From NCBI GenBank assembly GCA_017407665.1, contig JAFQWC010000139.1, positions 7,309-71,308 of the forward strand: a stretch of DNA of 64,000 bases, read 5' to 3'. A program made the translations under genes and the position numbers. Every line of letters starts with the position of its first letter. Position 1 is the first letter of the stretch. Positions 60,748 to 64,000 of the stretch are shown piece after piece. The notes beneath the pieces are model-generated. The model searched no databases and was not told the origin of the DNA. It saw only the letters and a list, made by a program, of their open reading frames with translations. This DNA comes from Clostridia bacterium (lineage in GTDB: Bacteria > Bacillota > Clostridia > Oscillospirales > Acutalibacteraceae).

Positions 60748-60840
60748 GTGTCGAAACACGCGAAACCTGTGCTGCGCACAGCTATCAAATGCTTACGCAT
60801 TAGACTCCGCGACGCCGAAGCGGGACGTTCCCGCACGGAC

Positions 60841-61776
60841 TCAGATGTCAAACACGCCCAGAATGATGATACCAATGACGACGCTGAGGATGCACAGGTA
60901 CTGCTTCCAGCTGAGCTTTTCCTTCAGGAACACGCGGGAGAGCAGCACGGAGAACACACAGTAGGAGGAGATCATCGGTGCGGCGACAATGGCGTTGTCC
61001 TCGGAAGCCAGCGCATAGATGTAGAAGAACTGGCCGGCGGTCTCGCACAGCGCACCGAAGCCCTTCTCCTTCTCCTTGAGGAGGCTGAACTTCTCCTTCT
61101 TCACGAACACGAGGAAGATCAAGGAAACGATGGCGCACAGCAGGAACATCAGCTCATAGGAGGTGTTGGCCTGGAACTCGGCGGCCTCGCCGTACACGCC
61201 CTCCATCTTCTCCAGCACGAAGATATCGGCAAAGGTGCCCAGACCGTCGATGATGCAGTAGAGGATCGGCAGCAGGATCGCGATAAAGCCGATCTGATAC
61301 TTCTTCTCCACCACCTCGCCGCGGTACAGGCGCTCGCGGTCCTCGTTCTTCTTCTCCGCCACGGAGAGCATCACGATGCCGAGGATGATGAGGCCGACGG
61401 CCACCAGCTGCACCGGCGCCATCTCCTGCTTGAGGACGAGGAAGCACAGAAGCGCGGAAACCGCGCCGGAGGAGTTGCAGATCGGAGAGGAGACGGACAG
61501 CTCAATGTAACGCAGACCGGCATAACCCAGCACCATGGCCAGGATGTACAGTGCCGCCACGGGCAGGTAGGTGACAAAGCTCTCGATGGCGTACACGTTG
61601 CCGTTCACGGCGTATTCGTAGATCATCGTGCCGATGGCGTGCAGGCCCATCACGGCGCCGACCATCACGACCATGCGCAGATGGCTGTACTTATCGCGCG
61701 GGTCGGTACCCAGCTTGGAGAAGAAGTCCGAACCGCCCCAGCAGAAAATTGTAAATAAAGCAAAAATAAACCACAT
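60841..61776 (-). CDS. DMT/EamA family transporter
   Basis: About 10 TM in two repeats; SSPICNSS, APMISSY..FLKEKL. Confidence 0.85.
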   Translation of the reverse strand: MWFIFALFTIFCWGGSDFFSKLGTDPRDKYSHLRMVVMVGAVMGLHAIGTMIYEYAVNGNVYAIESFVTYLPVAALYILAMVLGYAGLRYIELSVSSPICNSSGAVSALLCFLVLKQEMAPVQLVAVGLIILGIVMLSVAEKKNEDRERLYRGEVVEKKYQIGFIAILLPILYCIIDGLGTFADIFVLEKMEGVYGEAAEFQANTSYELMFLLCAIVSLIFLVFVKKEKFSLLKEKEKGFGALCETAGQFFYIYALASEDNAIVAAPMISSYCVFSVLLSRVFLKEKLSWKQYLCILSVVIGIIILGVFDI

Positions 61777-61881
61777 AGTCTTTCATTCCCTTTCACAAAA
61801 GCAAAGCGCCTTTGCCCGCCGGGAATTTTCTCGCGGACAAGTGCACTCCGCGGTTATTTTATGTTTTACAGTTTGTCAGGC

Positions 61882-63504
61882 TCAGCAGCATTCTGCCAGC
61901 TTTTTGTTCACGCGCTCGCGCAGGGCCGGGAGGTAGCCGGCTGCACGCGGGTAGCGGGAGAAGGTCATGTCCTCGCCCTCGCCGAGGAGCTTCAGGGTCT
62001 CTTCATGGCCGATGTGCTGCTCCAGAAGCTGCAGCGCACGGTAGTCGTACAGACCCATCGCAAACACCTTCTGGCGGATGGAGCTGAGCGGACCCTCCGG
62101 ACCGGGATAGACCGTGAAGGCATCGCCGCCCGGGAACGCGCCGCCCGCGTCCGTCACGCGGAACGGGTCGATGACCGCCTTGGAGAGCTGCGTGAACCAG
62201 AAATTATAGCCCCAGTGCAGGAAGCCCGTGATGCCGTGCTTCCACATCTGCACACCGAGGATGCGGTTGCGGTTCGAAGGCATCGCGAGGAAGCGGTTGC
62301 CCACGTCCACGGCCTGACCGCAGCAGGTGTATGTCCAGAGGTCCGGCACAGCGGCGTCGATGAACGGCTCGATGCTGTTGGAGGACGGCACCGGGTGCTC
62401 CACCACGCCCTCCTTGTAGAACGCGAACTCCGAAAGCGCATCGCGCAGGATGCAGCCCTGCACCAGCGGCTCGAGGATCGCCTTCGCGGCGCGGTAGTTT
62501 TTGAGATGCTCCCCGCCGTGCGGTTCGTCGGAGACGTGGAACATGAGCTGTGCCTGCTCCACACCCTCCTGAGCAAATACGGTGATGACCTGCGGCACCA
62601 GCGCGCGGAGCAGCTCGGCATAGGCCGGGTCCAGCGCGGAAACGTGCCAGCCGAACTTGAGGTGCTTCACGCCGTTTTCAGTGACGTAGATGTTCGGCGT
62701 GCACTTCGCGCCCCACTGGGAGAAGAAGTGCGAAACCTCAAATTGCTTGAGGCCCGCCGCAAGTGCGGTGCGGATCCACCGGCGCAGGCGGTCAAAGCCG
62801 AAGGTGTAGCCGGCATCGGTCTTTTCAATATCCACCAGCTGCACGCAGGGACGCTCCGTGCCGATGGCGGTGTCGAGCGCCGGGGTGAACACGGGGGTCA
62901 GGATCATGGTCTGCCCGTGTGCGGCGCAGTTTTGCATATACTTTTCGATCAAAGCCCAGTGGGCCTCGGAATAGATGTCCACTTTATGGAGTGCGGCGAT
63001 GCTGTCCACATGGAACCACTGCGTAAACTTGAGCGTCTGCTCCGGCAGGGCAGCGGGGATCACGGTCAGCATGAACACGGCGCTCTTGCCGTCCGCGCTG
63101 ATCTCCACCGGGTACGTACCGCCGGCGGCATCATCGTTCACCTTGAGGCTCACCCACAGCGTCTCCTGTCCCAGCACGGTCAGGTCGCCGTTCACAGGGT
63201 AGAGCACGTCCGGGATGGCCTTCGGCTCTGTGGTGATGTAGTCGTCATCGTGGCGATCAGGGTAGGCGGTCAGCACGCAGGGCACGGCGCCCACACGGTA
63301 GATCTTCGCCTCAACGGGTGCATCGGTGCGCAGCTCGATATGTACCGGGCCAAGGCCGTACACCACGGTCTGGAACGCGGTCTCCTCGCCCCGCAGCGCA
63401 CTGGCCCCTGTGTAGGCCGGGGGTGCCAGAATGCCTTCCCCATCCGGGAAGAGCTTCTCCATCGGCGAATAGAGCGTGAGTTCTTTGTACAGTTGGTTTG
63501 TCAC
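61882..63504 (-). CDS. DUF4091 / GH123-like glycoside hydrolase
   Basis: TQWFH.D, SHFFSQWG, HVSDEP, WTYTCC, GFLHWGYNFW, PGGDAF.VYP; own RBS (GAAAGGGGG) and GTG at 63504. Confidence 0.75.
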   Translation of the reverse strand: MTNQLYKELTLYSPMEKLFPDGEGILAPPAYTGASALRGEETAFQTVVYGLGPVHIELRTDAPVEAKIYRVGAVPCVLTAYPDRHDDDYITTEPKAIPDVLYPVNGDLTVLGQETLWVSLKVNDDAAGGTYPVEISADGKSAVFMLTVIPAALPEQTLKFTQWFHVDSIAALHKVDIYSEAHWALIEKYMQNCAAHGQTMILTPVFTPALDTAIGTERPCVQLVDIEKTDAGYTFGFDRLRRWIRTALAAGLKQFEVSHFFSQWGAKCTPNIYVTENGVKHLKFGWHVSALDPAYAELLRALVPQVITVFAQEGVEQAQLMFHVSDEPHGGEHLKNYRAAKAILEPLVQGCILRDALSEFAFYKEGVVEHPVPSSNSIEPFIDAAVPDLWTYTCCGQAVDVGNRFLAMPSNRNRILGVQMWKHGITGFLHWGYNFWFTQLSKAVIDPFRVTDAGGAFPGGDAFTVYPGPEGPLSSIRQKVFAMGLYDYRALQLLEQHIGHEETLKLLGEGEDMTFSRYPRAAGYLPALRERVNKKLAECC

Positions 63505-64000
63505 GGTCTGGGTCCCCCTTTCTGCGGGAAAAGAATCAAATTGCGTGAAGTCCGGAACGTAGCGCTCCCCGGCGGCGCTGCGCTTTTGGCAGAAGCCGGG
63601 CAGGTCGAGTTCCAGCATATAATCCTGCACCTTGCGGTGCTCACGCGCGGTGATGCGGCGGTTCAGGTCGTGAAACCGCTCGTCCATTAACACGCGCCCC
63701 ATGGGGGTGTACTGGCTCATCAGGCTCACCGGCACGCCGGGAAAGGCGGCGCGGACGGCATCGAGTACAGCCATGGAGTTTCGCGTATGTGCCGGGAGGA
63801 TGAGGTGGCGGATGATGACGCCCTTTGTCAGCAGCCCCTCCGGCGTATAGGTATTTTCGCCCGTCTGCCGTACCATTTCGGAAATGGCACGGAGGGCGGT
63901 TTCTTTATAATTCGGTGCGTTCGAGACCCGCTCGGCGAGCGCGTCGTCCGCATATTTGAAATCGGGCAGGTAGATGTCGACAAGGCCCTCGAGCATCCGG
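63505..64000 (-). CDS. 3' part of PflX-like radical SAM protein (runs off window; no stop before downstream gene)
   Basis: VDIYLPDFKY, GVIIRHLILP, SLMSQYTP, YVPDF. Confidence 0.8.

Noticed and set aside
11132-63690. Many long antisense ORFs (e.g. 11132-12598, 14355-16340, 17620-19680, 40471-42408, 61861-63690)
   Set aside because: Shadow ORFs caused by high-GC codon bias opposite well-supported genes.

Overview
Window from a spore-forming Clostridia genome (Oscillospiraceae/Ruminococcaceae-like; spoIIGA-sigE, ctsR, THF riboswitch-folT). The main discovery is at the left end: an AT-richer ~8.4-kb integrative element (264..8650) bounded by a 12-bp direct repeat, TTATCATTATCC. It carries a Tn916-type tyrosine integrase and excisionase and a three-gene cargo: a membrane Ser/Thr kinase with a C-terminal leucine-rich-repeat domain, an FHA-FHA-ABC ATPase and an ABC-2 permease. 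The element sits inside a 43-codon Cys-rich small-protein gene that is too short for the ORF track. Joining the halves at the repeat restores MCNGGFGGCSWIVIIILILLCCNSGSNYNNGNDCGCGCNNCGC*, with its RBS, a sigma-K-like promoter and a terminator. This makes it a candidate skin-like intervening element driven by a tyrosine recombinase. The rest is GC-rich core chromosome (eno, GH38, LTA synthase, ABC exporters, FHA-RodA/PbpA, htrA, cinA, thiI/iscS, nadE, a LexA-box radical SAM operon, spoIIGA-sigE and others). It also contains an IS200 copy, a pair of inverted MITE/REP-like repeats and several odd proteins: NadE lacking the glutaminase Cys, a glycosyltransferase-NUDIX fusion, a degenerate ABC-ATPase-like ORF and an in-frame PflX/DUF4091 read-through. 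All family assignments come from motif recognition by eye; no database searches were run.
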